A stretch of 64,000 bases of DNA from positions 25,317-89,316 of the forward strand of contig JAUQYZ020000230.1 of assembly GCA_030587475.2 (NCBI GenBank), given 5' to 3'. How positions within the stretch are numbered: position 1 is the first letter of the stretch; the number at the start of each line of letters is the position of its first letter. Under the pieces are notes generated by a model. It saw only the letters and a list, made by a program, of their open reading frames with translations. It made no database searches and was not told the origin of the DNA. Source of the DNA: Candidatus Sigynarchaeum calidifontis (GTDB lineage: Archaea > Asgardarchaeota > Lokiarchaeia > Sigyniarchaeales > Sigyniarchaeaceae). The position numbers and the translations under genes are program-made. Below are positions 1 through 9,780 of this stretch, piece after piece.

Positions 1-2
1 CC

Positions 3-347
3 CAGGTCGATCCACGACATCCCGAGGAATACATGAAGAAAGTCGGCTTGCTCGTAAGGCAGCTCGAGGCCGGAGCCGTGTTCGCCAACTATGAGTATCA
101 CTGGCTTCCCTTGCGCGAGATCGGGACCCGCATCGGTCAATTCGTGAAGGAAGAAAAGCAAATTGCCAGTGCAAGCGAGATATCCGCCACGCCGCATTAC
201 TTCAAGCTTAACAACCCGCTCTCTGGCACGATCCTTTCCGTGACGAGATTGGACATACTCGCAAAGTATATCTTCTACCTCTACGATTTTCAATTATCAC
301 AGCAGCGACGAATCCTAAACTTGCTCAAGGCCACGCTCAAGCTCTGA
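3..347 (+). CDS. Hypothetical protein, 5'-truncated by the window edge
   Basis: Frame is open from base 3 to the stop at 347 and is co-oriented with the next gene. No recognised motif. Confidence 0.6.
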   Translation, partial: QVDPRHPEEYMKKVGLLVRQLEAGAVFANYEYHWLPLREIGTRIGQFVKEEKQIASASEISATPHYFKLNNPLSGTILSVTRLDILAKYIFYLYDFQLSQQRRILNLLKATLKL

Positions 348-373
348 CGAGAACCCAGACCTCCTGGCTCACC

Positions 374-1222
374 GTGATGTCGACCATTCCCTTCGAGAAG
401 ATCGCGGGCGGCCCGCTGCCGCTCGTGAAGCAGACCAGCAACACGTGCGGCTTGGCATCGCTCGCGATGGTGTTTTTGCACCATTCCGGCCTGATCGACC
501 AGTTTCTGGGTTCCGTGTATACAGCAAAGCACGCGGATGGCGTGAGCTCGCGTGCCCGGCACGGAAATAAGGAAACCCCGGGCCACGACGCGATGATCAT
601 CTGGTCCGAGGGCTACTTGCTCGCAAAGGCCCGCCTCTCTCGCCGCATCTCGAATTGGTTCGAGCGGAACGACGGTTCGTTCGTGTACGAGGATTTCAAG
701 CTAAGCATCGACATGTTGATCGATAGCATTGCAGGGCGCGAGGCCAAGCGTGACAAGGCTCTTGGTTCCGCGTTGAAGTACTTCAAGCACGGGACGATCC
801 GGAAGGTCTTCGTCGCCCGGTACCTGGACCAGTTCAAGACCCAGCTCGAACTCAAGGTGCTCGCCGCGATGTTCGGGTTCGAGTTCGTTCCCTACCCGCG
901 TGACACGATGGGTAACTTGTACTTCGCGAACGGCGACCGTGAGATGGCCGAGAAGATCAAGTTCGTGCAAGGAATGCTCGCCAAGCCAGACCACGCGGCG
1001 ATCCTGGGGCACGGCCAATCACACTGGATGGTGGTGCACACCTTGCTTAAAGGTGGCGTCGACGGGCAAGAATATGCGCTCGGTATCAACGACCCGCTCG
1101 GTTCCACCCAAACGATACCCCTTAAACGGCTTGACCACACGTATCTCTTCTATTTTTTCAAGTATAACGAGCAGAAATGTCGTGAGGGCATACGCTTTCT
1201 TAGCGACGTGCTCCACGTGTGA
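374..1222 (+). CDS. Papain-fold cysteine peptidase, C39-like
   Basis: Q-x4-C motif (KQTSNTCGLASLAMV), then HWMVV and INDP, which give the Cys/His/Asp arrangement of C39-like peptidases. Confidence 0.7.
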   Translation: MMSTIPFEKIAGGPLPLVKQTSNTCGLASLAMVFLHHSGLIDQFLGSVYTAKHADGVSSRARHGNKETPGHDAMIIWSEGYLLAKARLSRRISNWFERNDGSFVYEDFKLSIDMLIDSIAGREAKRDKALGSALKYFKHGTIRKVFVARYLDQFKTQLELKVLAAMFGFEFVPYPRDTMGNLYFANGDREMAEKIKFVQGMLAKPDHAAILGHGQSHWMVVHTLLKGGVDGQEYALGINDPLGSTQTIPLKRLDHTYLFYFFKYNEQKCREGIRFLSDVLHV

Positions 1223-1276
1223 TTGCCCGGTTTTTCAAGAACATGTTACAATGTTACCAGGCTTGATATGGTCGTT

Positions 1277-1792
1277 TCACTTGAGATGAAAGATCTCCGA
1301 AACGTAGTCGCGCCGGCTCTCGAAGTTCTGGTCGAGGTAGACCGTGAGCGCGTGCTCCGGGTGATGCAAGATCGTGACAGGCACGATTTCCAAGGGATTC
1401 GCCAGAACGAGTTTCTTGGGAAGGTCGATGATGAATGTCTTGTCGCAGCGCTCGCACTTGACGAAGATCCGCTTCTCGCCCGCGAGCTGTTCGGGCGTTG
1501 CGGCCTGCTTTTTTTTCCTGGAAAAATCACCACACCCGTCGCTCTCGATCGGCGGGATCTTGGGAATCGGCGGGGCCTTGAGGGACGTGCCAGGCGTGCT
1601 GGTAGTGTTGCCCGGGGACGGCATGGGTGGTTTCGGTGGGAGCTTGATGCAATCAAAACCAGGCGGCGCGGCGGCGTTGCATGCGGGCGGTTTTTCCTCC
1701 GCGGGCTTTTTCACGATGTTATTTAAAATGAAGGTGATAAGCTGGCGCTTGTCAAGTTTCAGCAATTCCTCGCGCGTGACGTTTTCAGACAT
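1277..1792 (-). CDS. Hypothetical protein with Pro-rich linker and C-terminal CxxC...H..H putative Zn domain
   Basis: KCERC and HHPEH motifs; PPKPPMPSP and PPIPKIPP tracts; AT-rich promoter-like sequence upstream. Confidence 0.7.
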   Translation of the reverse strand: MSENVTREELLKLDKRQLITFILNNIVKKPAEEKPPACNAAAPPGFDCIKLPPKPPMPSPGNTTSTPGTSLKAPPIPKIPPIESDGCGDFSRKKKQAATPEQLAGEKRIFVKCERCDKTFIIDLPKKLVLANPLEIVPVTILHHPEHALTVYLDQNFESRRDYVSEIFHLK

Positions 1793-1910
1793 GTTAAGAG
1801 ACTCGATAGGAAAGTGATAATTATAATAAAATTATTATCCAGTCCATAAAAAATTTCGTCGATCGGTCGCTGTGGAGAGTCATTTGGCTGGGGAGATCAT
1901 GAAATAACTT

Positions 1911-2693
1911 TCACGCAACGAGCAGCACGATGAAATACACCATGAAGAAATTTCCGAGGATGATCCCGATGCTCTTGATGTTGCCGGCGGATGCCCTGGG
2001 AACGCGGTAAATGTAGATGCAAGCCAGTGGAACGAAGGCGATCGGCACGATGTTGAAATCCCGCGACAAGATAAACAAGACGAGCCCCGACACGAGCGTG
2101 AAAATCGAGAAAAGTATCACGATGGACCGCACGCGTGCCGGCGAGAAGCGCCGGGCCAGCGCGTCGCGGTCGAGTGCCTCGTGCATGAACTGGGAGAGCA
2201 CGCCGAACAAGTACAAGCTTGCCAGCCAGAGCCACTCGACCGGATCGTCTGGCACGTGAATGGTAAAAAAAGGCATGCATATCTCGGCGAATACTTGCAC
2301 GAAACCACTCGCCAGCGGGATCCGCTTCATCCCGAAGTTGTAGACCGCGACGAGAACCATGGCGGTTCCGATCCAGAGGGCGTTGAGCAGGTTGATAGCG
2401 ACCGCGTCCACGAAGCAGAGCAGCGCCAGGCAGATACTTCCCATGGCGATGGCGGCGAGTTCCTTGGCCCGCCACCCCGTGTCGCGATCCTTGTCGACAA
2501 TGTCGTTGATGACATTGCCCGCGACGGCAAGGAATGCCCAGCCGAGAATCGTCTTGAGGTGGTCGAGGATCGTGAATCCCGGATCGGATTTATTGGCATA
2601 CAATGCGATCAAGCACGGGATGACGACGACGAAGAGGTAATCGAGGCGTATGGCCTCCCAGCGGCTGTGCGTGGTCTTCGAGGGTTCGGACAC
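1911..2693 (-). CDS. UbiA-family prenyltransferase
   Basis: Multi-TM protein with NDIVDKDRD (NDxxDxxxD), a YN motif and a degenerate second acidic motif HEALDRD. Confidence 0.75.
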   Translation of the reverse strand: MSEPSKTTHSRWEAIRLDYLFVVVIPCLIALYANKSDPGFTILDHLKTILGWAFLAVAGNVINDIVDKDRDTGWRAKELAAIAMGSICLALLCFVDAVAINLLNALWIGTAMVLVAVYNFGMKRIPLASGFVQVFAEICMPFFTIHVPDDPVEWLWLASLYLFGVLSQFMHEALDRDALARRFSPARVRSIVILFSIFTLVSGLVLFILSRDFNIVPIAFVPLACIYIYRVPRASAGNIKSIGIILGNFFMVYFIVLLVA

Positions 2694-2756
2694 GGCTCAT
2701 CGAAACAAGCAAGAACACGCTCCCACAAAAAGTCAACGCCACTGCCCTTCCCGGGA

Positions 2757-3434
2757 TCATGGATACCAGGGATGGCCTGGCGGGATCGCCGGCGGGTTCC
2801 AGACGGGAACCCATGCGCCCTCGAGCGCGAAAAAACTGAGCTCGACCCCGGCGATGAGGATGAGCGCGGTGATGCCGACCGCCACGGCTTGCATCCCGAT
2901 CCGCTTTCTTGCAGTCCACGTTTCCTTCGTGTCGATCCAGTAGGTGCACAGTGCCCAGCCGAAGATGCAATAAAACCACGCGAGCCAGTTGATGATCGGG
3001 ATGCCAAGCCAGCCGAAGCCGCGCGGCCCCCATGCGCTGGGCGTCCATACCCAGTTCCCGAAATAGACCTGGAAGGGATCGAGCACGACGTCCCAGCACG
3101 TGGCGATCAGGGACGTGATCATGGCCGCGACGAACAGGTGCTTGTTCAAGGCCGGCCATGCCTTGAACATGACCTCGGCCATCGACATGGTCACGTAACT
3201 GACCAGGATCCACCCGAGCTGCGTGACCACGGGAACGAGGGAGCCGGGGAAGTAGAGCACGTAGCCCCACTCCGTGTACGAGCCCTGGACCACGCCCGAG
3301 TTCTCCATGACCAGCCCCATCAAATACCCGACGCCGAAGATGCGCGCGGCGTATTCCTTTCCTTTCGTCTTGAGGCAATGCACGAGGAGACCCGCGATCC
3401 CCCCGCAAACGAGCAATTCAATCACCAAGCCCAT
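2757..3434 (-). CDS. CruF-like (DUF422) carotenoid/isoprenoid hydratase family membrane protein
   Basis: E..GV..G.Y, VP....GW, WDVVLDP, W.W and GIPIINWLAW motifs typical of CruF. Confidence 0.7.
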   Translation of the reverse strand: MGLVIELLVCGGIAGLLVHCLKTKGKEYAARIFGVGYLMGLVMENSGVVQGSYTEWGYVLYFPGSLVPVVTQLGWILVSYVTMSMAEVMFKAWPALNKHLFVAAMITSLIATCWDVVLDPFQVYFGNWVWTPSAWGPRGFGWLGIPIINWLAWFYCIFGWALCTYWIDTKETWTARKRIGMQAVAVGITALILIAGVELSFFALEGAWVPVWNPPAIPPGHPWYP

Positions 3435-3620
3435 TCACGCGGCCTCCCTTGGCTTTTCACGGGCGATCTTCACGCGGGCGACGATGTATATCACGATCCA
3501 AAACAAGGGAAACACGACGGTCGGCAAGTACGAGTACAGCCCGAGGACGATCTCGGCGACGAAGAACGCGGCCGTGATGGCGACGTATATCCAGAACGGC
3601 AAGGCATGTATCTTTTTCAT
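3435..3620 (-). CDS. Small two-TM membrane protein
   Basis: 61 aa hydrophobic ORF whose stop abuts the ATG of the CruF-like gene; TATA-like sequence upstream at about 3650-3660. Confidence 0.55.
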   Translation of the reverse strand: MKKIHALPFWIYVAITAAFFVAEIVLGLYSYLPTVVFPLFWIVIYIVARVKIAREKPREAA

Positions 3621-3976
3621 GTTCCGATCAGAACGTACTTCGTGTCCACTATTTATAAGATACGCGGGACGCCATCGGGCAATGGCACGATTTTAATGCA
3701 ATCGAATGCTGCAATCCGTGAACATTGTTCAAGATTATCTATATAGATGCTGAAAAACCTCGAGGGATATCACGGGTCAAGAGCAGTATCTCTCCCGCAC
3801 GAGCATAATAAAGTCTCGTTGAGCGATTGCACGAGAAAAAATAGATGAACACGGGTCAATTAGCACGAAAGAATGAGTGGATTCCAAATTGAAGTCCATG
3901 GTCACGGATCTACGAGAAAGATCGCGTTATTTCTCCACGTGCTGCCCGCCTCGAACCATCGATGAGAAGGTGTGGA

Positions 3977-4534
3977 TCAGATTTGCTCGCCGCTGCGCTT
4001 GAGCAGCGTTTTCACGAGGTTCAGGAATGCGTCGTCAACATTAGTTCCTTCTTTTGCGCTGGTCTCGATAAAGTCGATGGCGCCTATCTTTTTCTTTAGA
4101 TCCTCGCCCTGGCTGGTCTGGATTTTCTTTATATCGGTGAGGTCGGCCTTGTTGCCAACCAGGATGAAGATCTTCTCGCCCGTCGTGTTCTCCGCGTAGT
4201 CCTTGACCCAGGTTGCCTCCAAATTATTGAATGTATCGGTCCGGGTAACATCATAAACGAGCATCGCGGCACTGCATCCTTTATAGTAGAGTTTACGCAC
4301 CGATGCATATCTCTCTTGGCCTGCTATGTCCCAGAGCACCAAATTGCAGAGAATCTCTTTCCCTTTCTTGTCCTTGAAGCTGATCTCTTTCAAGATGAGA
4401 TTCACGCCCAGAGTTGGCTTGTATTCTTTCATGAATTTCTTTTGAATGAACCGGGCGATGAGGCTCGTCTTTCCGACTGCATAGTCTCCTATAACCGCTA
4501 TCTTGAACACGAAATCGGGTTCCTTGTCCGCCAT
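3977..4534 (-). CDS. Rab-like small GTPase (Ras superfamily)
   Basis: G1 GDYAVGKTS, G2 YKPTLG, G3 WDIAGQE, G4 GNKAD, G5 ETSAK. No C-terminal Cys prenylation motif. Confidence 0.95.
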   Translation of the reverse strand: MADKEPDFVFKIAVIGDYAVGKTSLIARFIQKKFMKEYKPTLGVNLILKEISFKDKKGKEILCNLVLWDIAGQERYASVRKLYYKGCSAAMLVYDVTRTDTFNNLEATWVKDYAENTTGEKIFILVGNKADLTDIKKIQTSQGEDLKKKIGAIDFIETSAKEGTNVDDAFLNLVKTLLKRSGEQI

Positions 4535-4554
4535 CGTGATTCCAGCGCTCCTGG

Positions 4555-5109
4555 TTATTGTCTCTTCAACTCGAACGTGGTGCTTGGTTGCTCCATTTTA
4601 CTCACGACATCGCTCGCGACGAATTTCGCACCGTCGGGCGACGAATTCGCCGCGGCAACCTCGAAAAATCCCGCCCAAATGTAGCTAGCCGAGAAAAGCG
4701 GGTCATTGTTAACCGTTATCTTGAATCCGTCCTTGTCTTTCTTGATCGTGATGTCCCAGGTCCCGTCTATCCATTTCTTCATCTTTTCGATGAGCGTTTC
4801 GAGGCTATACCCGTAAGGGTGCAAGTATATGGCAAACTTGCGCCCCGTCTCGCGAAGCAGCGCCTTGGACCCGTATCCAAGCAGCCGGTTCATCGCCGTG
4901 GTCAGCCGGATCAAGTCGCTCTTCGGTAGCGACGCGATCAGCGAAGGTCGCACGTGCGCATACTTCGTGCTCAAGCCCGCGAACCTGATGACCGACATCT
5001 TGCCATCTTGGCCGATGATCTCGTTCAGTGCTTCAAGGAGAGCCGAGAACACGACTTGCTTGACCTTCTCGGTTTTTCCCTTCTCCTTACGCTTGGCCAT
5101 GGCGCTCAC
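4555..5109 (-). CDS. V4R/Bet3-like fold protein (putative)
   Basis: Pattern ALxEIIGxxG..., LGYGSKALLRETGRKFA, then beta strands and WAGFFE resembles V4R/H-NOX/TRAPP-Bet3 fold proteins. Stop lies 20 bp upstream of the GTPase start. Confidence 0.5.
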   Translation of the reverse strand: MSAMAKRKEKGKTEKVKQVVFSALLEALNEIIGQDGKMSVIRFAGLSTKYAHVRPSLIASLPKSDLIRLTTAMNRLLGYGSKALLRETGRKFAIYLHPYGYSLETLIEKMKKWIDGTWDITIKKDKDGFKITVNNDPLFSASYIWAGFFEVAAANSSPDGAKFVASDVVSKMEQPSTTFELKRQ

Positions 5110-5227
5110 TCGAGCTCACTTGATGGATGCTGTGTTATATTATTCCCCCGGACAATATATAAAGAGGTATTACGGGGGCACGGTTCCCTCGATCTTGATC
5201 GGGGACCGGCCGCGGGTCGCGTCCGGG

Positions 5228-6748
5228 TCATTTCGGCGGGGCGGGTCGACGGGGCAGCTTCAGCTTGCCCTTTTTATAGAGCCAGAACAACATGACGGCC
5301 GCTGCGCCAACCGCAATGGCCACCACGACGAGAACAATCGTCAGTGTCCAATCATCTTGCGGGACGATTTCGACTTGCTGGGCATAGATGTCCCAGTTCG
5401 TTCCACTTCGATAATCCTCCCAGGCAATAATGGCTCTGCCAGGATTGACGCAAATGATGGCCAGACCATTCTGCATGTCGTCTGCACAGCAGATGCACCT
5501 GCCGTTGGTTTCCCATTCTATCGTGCCGGTCGGCCCGATTCGCTGGGCGTAGATATCGTCGTGAGCAGGCCCGATCCCGGGATCATCCCCCCACGTGGCA
5601 AATGCACCCCCCTGGCCGTCGCTGCACACGCGTACTTGATAGCAATTGTGCTGGCCGTGGCTCAACGGGATGCCATTCGCGGCCCATTGCACCGCGCCGG
5701 GTCCGCTAATATGCTGGATGTATGCAACATTATGAAGTGCATCCCGTTGATCCTCCCAAGCGATGAAGGCACCGCCACTTTCGCTTGCCACGATGGTCGC
5801 TCCTATTTGAGCCCCTGGAACCGTGCAGATGGCGGTGCCGTTTGCCGTCCACGCGGGGACGCCGCTAGGCAAGAGGCGCTGTGCATAGATGTCCCCGTCC
5901 CCGTCGACTCGCATGTCTTCCCACGCGATGATGGCCCCGCCGGCCCCGTCGCTGCATAACTGGGGGTTTTGTTGCGAGCTCGTGGGGATGTTGCAAGCTG
6001 GAACGCCGTCCATGTCCCATTGGAGAAAGCCGCTCGCGTTCAGCCGCTGGGCATACACGTCATTGTTGCCGCGAGAGTCATCCCACGCGATGATGGCCCC
6101 GCCAGCGCCGTCGCTGCATATTACCGGATCGAGTTGGTTTCCCGCGGCCGTGCAAACGGGGATGCCGCCCGCGTTCCATCGGAGGAAACCGCTCGCGTTC
6201 ACCCGTTGGGCGTAGATGTCGTAATTCCCGTTCCGGAGATCTCGCCACGCGATGATGGCCCCGCCGGCCCCGTCGCTGCACAAGCACGCGAGATCTTGAT
6301 TTGCAGTGGACGTGCATGCCGGCACCCCGTTCGTTGCCCAGTAGGTGACTCCCGTGTTGCTCACCTTTTGGGCATAAATGTCGGCCCCCGTCCCGCCATC
6401 GCGGGTCCAGGCGATGATCACCCCGTCGCCGCTGGCCTTGACCATGCGCACGTTGTAATCGGGGATCCCGCTCCCGCCCCGGGACACGTTGATCCCGTTC
6501 AGACTCCAGAGTATCCCCCCTTCCGGGCTCAATCGCTGCATGAAGATATCTTCCGTGCCGTTCCTTCTATCGATCCAGGCAATGAACGACCCGCCTTGCC
6601 CGTCGGGGCAAATGGCAACGTTGTCTTGGTTCGACGGGGCGGTGCAGACTGCAATCCCGTTCTCCCTCCACGCGGTAATGCCTTGCAGCAACAGCGTTAG
6701 CAATACAGCTCCGAAAAGGAGCATGATAATTTTGTCCTTCCTTGGCAT
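5228..6748 (-). CDS. Membrane-anchored extracellular beta-propeller-type repeat protein
   Basis: N-terminal signal peptide, about eight ~54-aa repeats (DGAGGAIIAWxDxR...DIYAQR...G...W), C-terminal TM helix and basic Pro-rich tail. Confidence 0.85.
   Translation of the reverse strand: MPRKDKIIMLLFGAVLLTLLLQGITAWRENGIAVCTAPSNQDNVAICPDGQGGSFIAWIDRRNGTEDIFMQRLSPEGGILWSLNGINVSRGGSGIPDYNVRMVKASGDGVIIAWTRDGGTGADIYAQKVSNTGVTYWATNGVPACTSTANQDLACLCSDGAGGAIIAWRDLRNGNYDIYAQRVNASGFLRWNAGGIPVCTAAGNQLDPVICSDGAGGAIIAWDDSRGNNDVYAQRLNASGFLQWDMDGVPACNIPTSSQQNPQLCSDGAGGAIIAWEDMRVDGDGDIYAQRLLPSGVPAWTANGTAICTVPGAQIGATIVASESGGAFIAWEDQRDALHNVAYIQHISGPGAVQWAANGIPLSHGQHNCYQVRVCSDGQGGAFATWGDDPGIGPAHDDIYAQRIGPTGTIEWETNGRCICCADDMQNGLAIICVNPGRAIIAWEDYRSGTNWDIYAQQVEIVPQDDWTLTIVLVVVAIAVGAAAVMLFWLYKKGKLKLPRRPAPPK
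5921..6280. repeat. Intragenic 162-bp-period repeat
   Basis: Near-identical core ccacgcgatgatggccccgcc...ccgtcgctgca starts at 5921, 6083 and 6245. Confidence 0.85.
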
Positions 6749-6909
6749 CTAGTTTCACCTCGAGTTCACATGTCTCTTTTGATATCGGTTAATATCCATT
6801 TCCCTCGCGTTCCTCTGCGCAAGGTTTCATTCGCCGAGAACTGCGCGGGAGAGGACATGCAAAAAAAGAAACGTTAAATCCGGCCTGCTCGCGAATGAAC
6901 CACGCGTGA

Positions 6910-9708
6910 TCATGAAATGATGATGGCAGGCCGGCCAGGGATTGCCTGCTCGGCTTTTTTCTCCGACGAACCTTCCTCGGTCGTGATCTCGATGGCCGGG
7001 TACTTCTTGCCGGAAAGCAGCTTGAAATTCCCCGCTGCCACGAGCTCGTCGGCTTGGCCGGTGAACTTCGGCAGCTTCTCCGTGCCCCACGGGTCCTTGG
7101 CGAGCTTGTTCACGAAGCCGGCCACCTTCCCCCCGAGTTTCTTCATCGCCGGGTCTGCCATGAGCTTCTTGATCACGTCGCCGGCGTTCTTGCCTTCCTT
7201 GAGCCCGGCTATGACCGCCCCGGCGGCCTCGTATTTCCATGCCGCCGCGACGACGAGCACCACCTTGGATGGCTTCATCTGCACGATCTTGAGGATGTTC
7301 TGGACGTCCTCGTCCACGAACGTGTCGTAATCCCACGTTTTCTTGATCTCGGGCTTGATCGCGGCCTCGTCGGCGACAGGCCATTTCGCCTGGGCGATGA
7401 ATCCTTTCTTTTTCAAGGCGATCTCCCAGATCTCTTCGGCCAGGTGCGGCACGGCTGGCGCGAGCATGAGCGTGATGGCCTCCGCGCACGTTAAAAACAC
7501 TTTTTTCGTGGCTCCCGTTTCCACGTAGTCCCTGAAAAGATCAACGAGGTTGATGACCTTGTTCAGCGCGTCCCGCATCTCCATTTTCTCGAACGATGCC
7601 GTCACCTCCTTGATCGCCACGTTCACGTGGTAGAGCATGAGGTCGTCGTAGAAATCCTTGGCCTTCTTGAACGTGGCCGGTGGCTGCATCAGCGTGGTGA
7701 ATGCCCGCTTGATGACGCGGTGCACGGCGTCGATGCCCTCGTCACTCCACTCCAGCTGTTTCTCCGGGTTCGCCGTTGCGAGAATGAAGAGCCGCGCCGA
7801 GTCCGCGCCGTACTTGTCCACCATCTCTTGCGGGTCGACGGTATTCCCCAAGCTCTTCGACATCTTGGCGGATTTCATCACGTATGGCTTCCCGCACTTG
7901 TTACATGTTTTCTTGTCCGCGTCGTACTTGTCGATTGGTAGGAAGATGTTGCACGTCTCGCAGAACGGGTTCTCCTTGTTCACCATGCCCTGGGTCAGCA
8001 GCGCCTTGAACGGCTCGGAAAACTCGTGCAAGCCCAGGTCGCGCGTCGCCTTCGTCCAGAACCGCGCGTAGAGCAGGTGCAAGATCGCGTGCTCGATGCC
8101 GCCGATGTACTGGTCGACCGGTCCCCAGTATTTCATCGCATCCTTGCTGTAGGGCACGTCCTTGCTCCACGGATCGATGAACCGGAAGAAATACCACGAC
8201 GAGTCGACGAACGTGTCCATCGTGTCGGTCTCGCGCTTGGCCTTGCCGCCGCACTTCGGGCACTTGGTGTTCACGAACGCGGGATCGGTTTCCAGCGGGT
8301 TGCACGTCCCCGTGAACTTCACGTTCTTTGGCAGCCGCACGGGCAAGTCCTCGTAAGGCACGGGCACGGCGCCGCACTTGGTGCAGTGGATGAATGGGAT
8401 CGGCGTGCCCCAGTACCGCTGGCGCGAGATCAGCCAGTTCCGGATCTTGTAATTGACCGTCGGGCCGCCCTTTCCTTTCTTCGCGAGCATCTCGCTGATG
8501 GCCTGGATCGCCTCCCGGTTGTGCATGCCGGTGAATTCTCCCGAGTTGACGAGCTTTCCGTCCCCCTCGTAAGCACGGGACATTTTTTCCACGTGGATCT
8601 CGTAATCCTCGGGCTGGATGACGATCTTGATCGGGATGCCGAATTTTTTCGCGAACTCGAAGTCGCGCTGGTCGTGGGCGGGGACGGCCATGACCGCGCC
8701 GGCGCCGTACTCGTAGATCACGAAATTGCCGATGTAGACGGGCACCTTCTCGCCCGTGACCGGGTTGATGGCCTCCTTGCCGATGAACATGCCCTTTTTC
8801 TCGGTCTCGATGTTCGTTCGCTCGAAGCGGTCCTCCGTGAGCACCTCGTGGAGCAAGGCCTTGAAATCCTTCTCGTACTTGGTTCCCTTGACCCATTTCT
8901 CGACGAGGGGGTGCTCAGGCGCGAAGGTCATGAACGTCACGCCGTAGATAGTGTCGGCGCGGGTCGTGAAAATCGGGATCTCCTCGCCCGTGCCCACGAT
9001 CGTGAACTTGATGGTCGTGCCTTCGGACCGGCCGATCCAGTTCTGTTGCATGACCTTGACCTTCTCGGGCCAATCGAGATCCTTCAAGCAATCAAGCAAT
9101 TCGTCGGCATACTTGCGGATGTTGAGGAACCACTGGGTGAGCATTTTCTGGATGACCTGGCTGTTGCAGCGCCAGCACTTGCCACCTTGGGCTTGCTCGT
9201 TTGCCAGCACGGTCTTGCAGTCGGGGCACCAGTTCACGTAAGCATCTTCACGTGTAACCAGGCCTTTCTCGTTGAATTTCAAGAAGAACCACTGGTTCCA
9301 GTAGAAATAATCCTCCGTGATGGACTGTATCTGGCGGCGCCAGTCGTAACTGAAGCCCAGGCGCTGCTGCTGCGCCTTGATATGATTGATATTTTCCCAT
9401 GTCCATTTCTCTGGATCGGCATTGTGCTGGATGGCGGCATTTTCAGCGGGCAATCCAAAAGCGTCGTAACCCATCGGGTAGAGCACGTTGAACCCTTGCA
9501 TCCGCTTGTACCGGGCAAGGCAGTCGCCGATGCTATAATTGCGCAAGTGACCCATGTGGAGCTTGGCACTGGGATACGGGTACATCTCCAGCACGTAATA
9601 CTTTTTCTTCGACGGGTCGATCTCGACTTCGAATATCTTTGCATCAGCCCATTTTTTCTGCCACTTTTTCTCGATCGCTTGGGGGTCGTATTCCATTTTC
9701 AATGCCAT
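6910..9708 (-). CDS. leuS: Leucine--tRNA ligase
   Basis: PYPS..LHMGH, editing domain ([22 protein letters not shown]), [10 protein letters not shown] and KMSKS. Confidence 0.97.
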   Translation of the reverse strand: MALKMEYDPQAIEKKWQKKWADAKIFEVEIDPSKKKYYVLEMYPYPSAKLHMGHLRNYSIGDCLARYKRMQGFNVLYPMGYDAFGLPAENAAIQHNADPEKWTWENINHIKAQQQRLGFSYDWRRQIQSITEDYFYWNQWFFLKFNEKGLVTREDAYVNWCPDCKTVLANEQAQGGKCWRCNSQVIQKMLTQWFLNIRKYADELLDCLKDLDWPEKVKVMQQNWIGRSEGTTIKFTIVGTGEEIPIFTTRADTIYGVTFMTFAPEHPLVEKWVKGTKYEKDFKALLHEVLTEDRFERTNIETEKKGMFIGKEAINPVTGEKVPVYIGNFVIYEYGAGAVMAVPAHDQRDFEFAKKFGIPIKIVIQPEDYEIHVEKMSRAYEGDGKLVNSGEFTGMHNREAIQAISEMLAKKGKGGPTVNYKIRNWLISRQRYWGTPIPFIHCTKCGAVPVPYEDLPVRLPKNVKFTGTCNPLETDPAFVNTKCPKCGGKAKRETDTMDTFVDSSWYFFRFIDPWSKDVPYSKDAMKYWGPVDQYIGGIEHAILHLLYARFWTKATRDLGLHEFSEPFKALLTQGMVNKENPFCETCNIFLPIDKYDADKKTCNKCGKPYVMKSAKMSKSLGNTVDPQEMVDKYGADSARLFILATANPEKQLEWSDEGIDAVHRVIKRAFTTLMQPPATFKKAKDFYDDLMLYHVNVAIKEVTASFEKMEMRDALNKVINLVDLFRDYVETGATKKVFLTCAEAITLMLAPAVPHLAEEIWEIALKKKGFIAQAKWPVADEAAIKPEIKKTWDYDTFVDEDVQNILKIVQMKPSKVVLVVAAAWKYEAAGAVIAGLKEGKNAGDVIKKLMADPAMKKLGGKVAGFVNKLAKDPWGTEKLPKFTGQADELVAAGNFKLLSGKKYPAIEITTEEGSSEKKAEQAIPGRPAIIIS

Positions 9709-9780
9709 CCGATGTGTTAATCAAGCACGATAAGCCTTGGCGGGAAAAAAAGCATGTGGCAAGGTACTCGTACTGATTGG

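Noticed and set aside
1220-1726. TGA followed by an in-frame ORF (possible selenocysteine or readthrough)
   Set aside because: The downstream frame is the antisense shadow of the 1277-1792 gene, the peptidase domain is already complete, and no SECIS was seen.
2181-3746. 521-aa plus-strand ORF (similarly 8026-9720, 13587-14936 and 52000-53100)
   Set aside because: These are antisense shadows of motif-supported genes in GC-rich coding DNA.
3771-3860. Direct repeat CACGGGTCAA at 3771 and 3851
   Set aside because: Only two 10-bp copies, which is too little to support a call.
5921-6280. Regularly spaced repeats as a CRISPR array
   Set aside because: The 162-bp period is in frame, encodes protein repeats, and the spacers are similar to each other.
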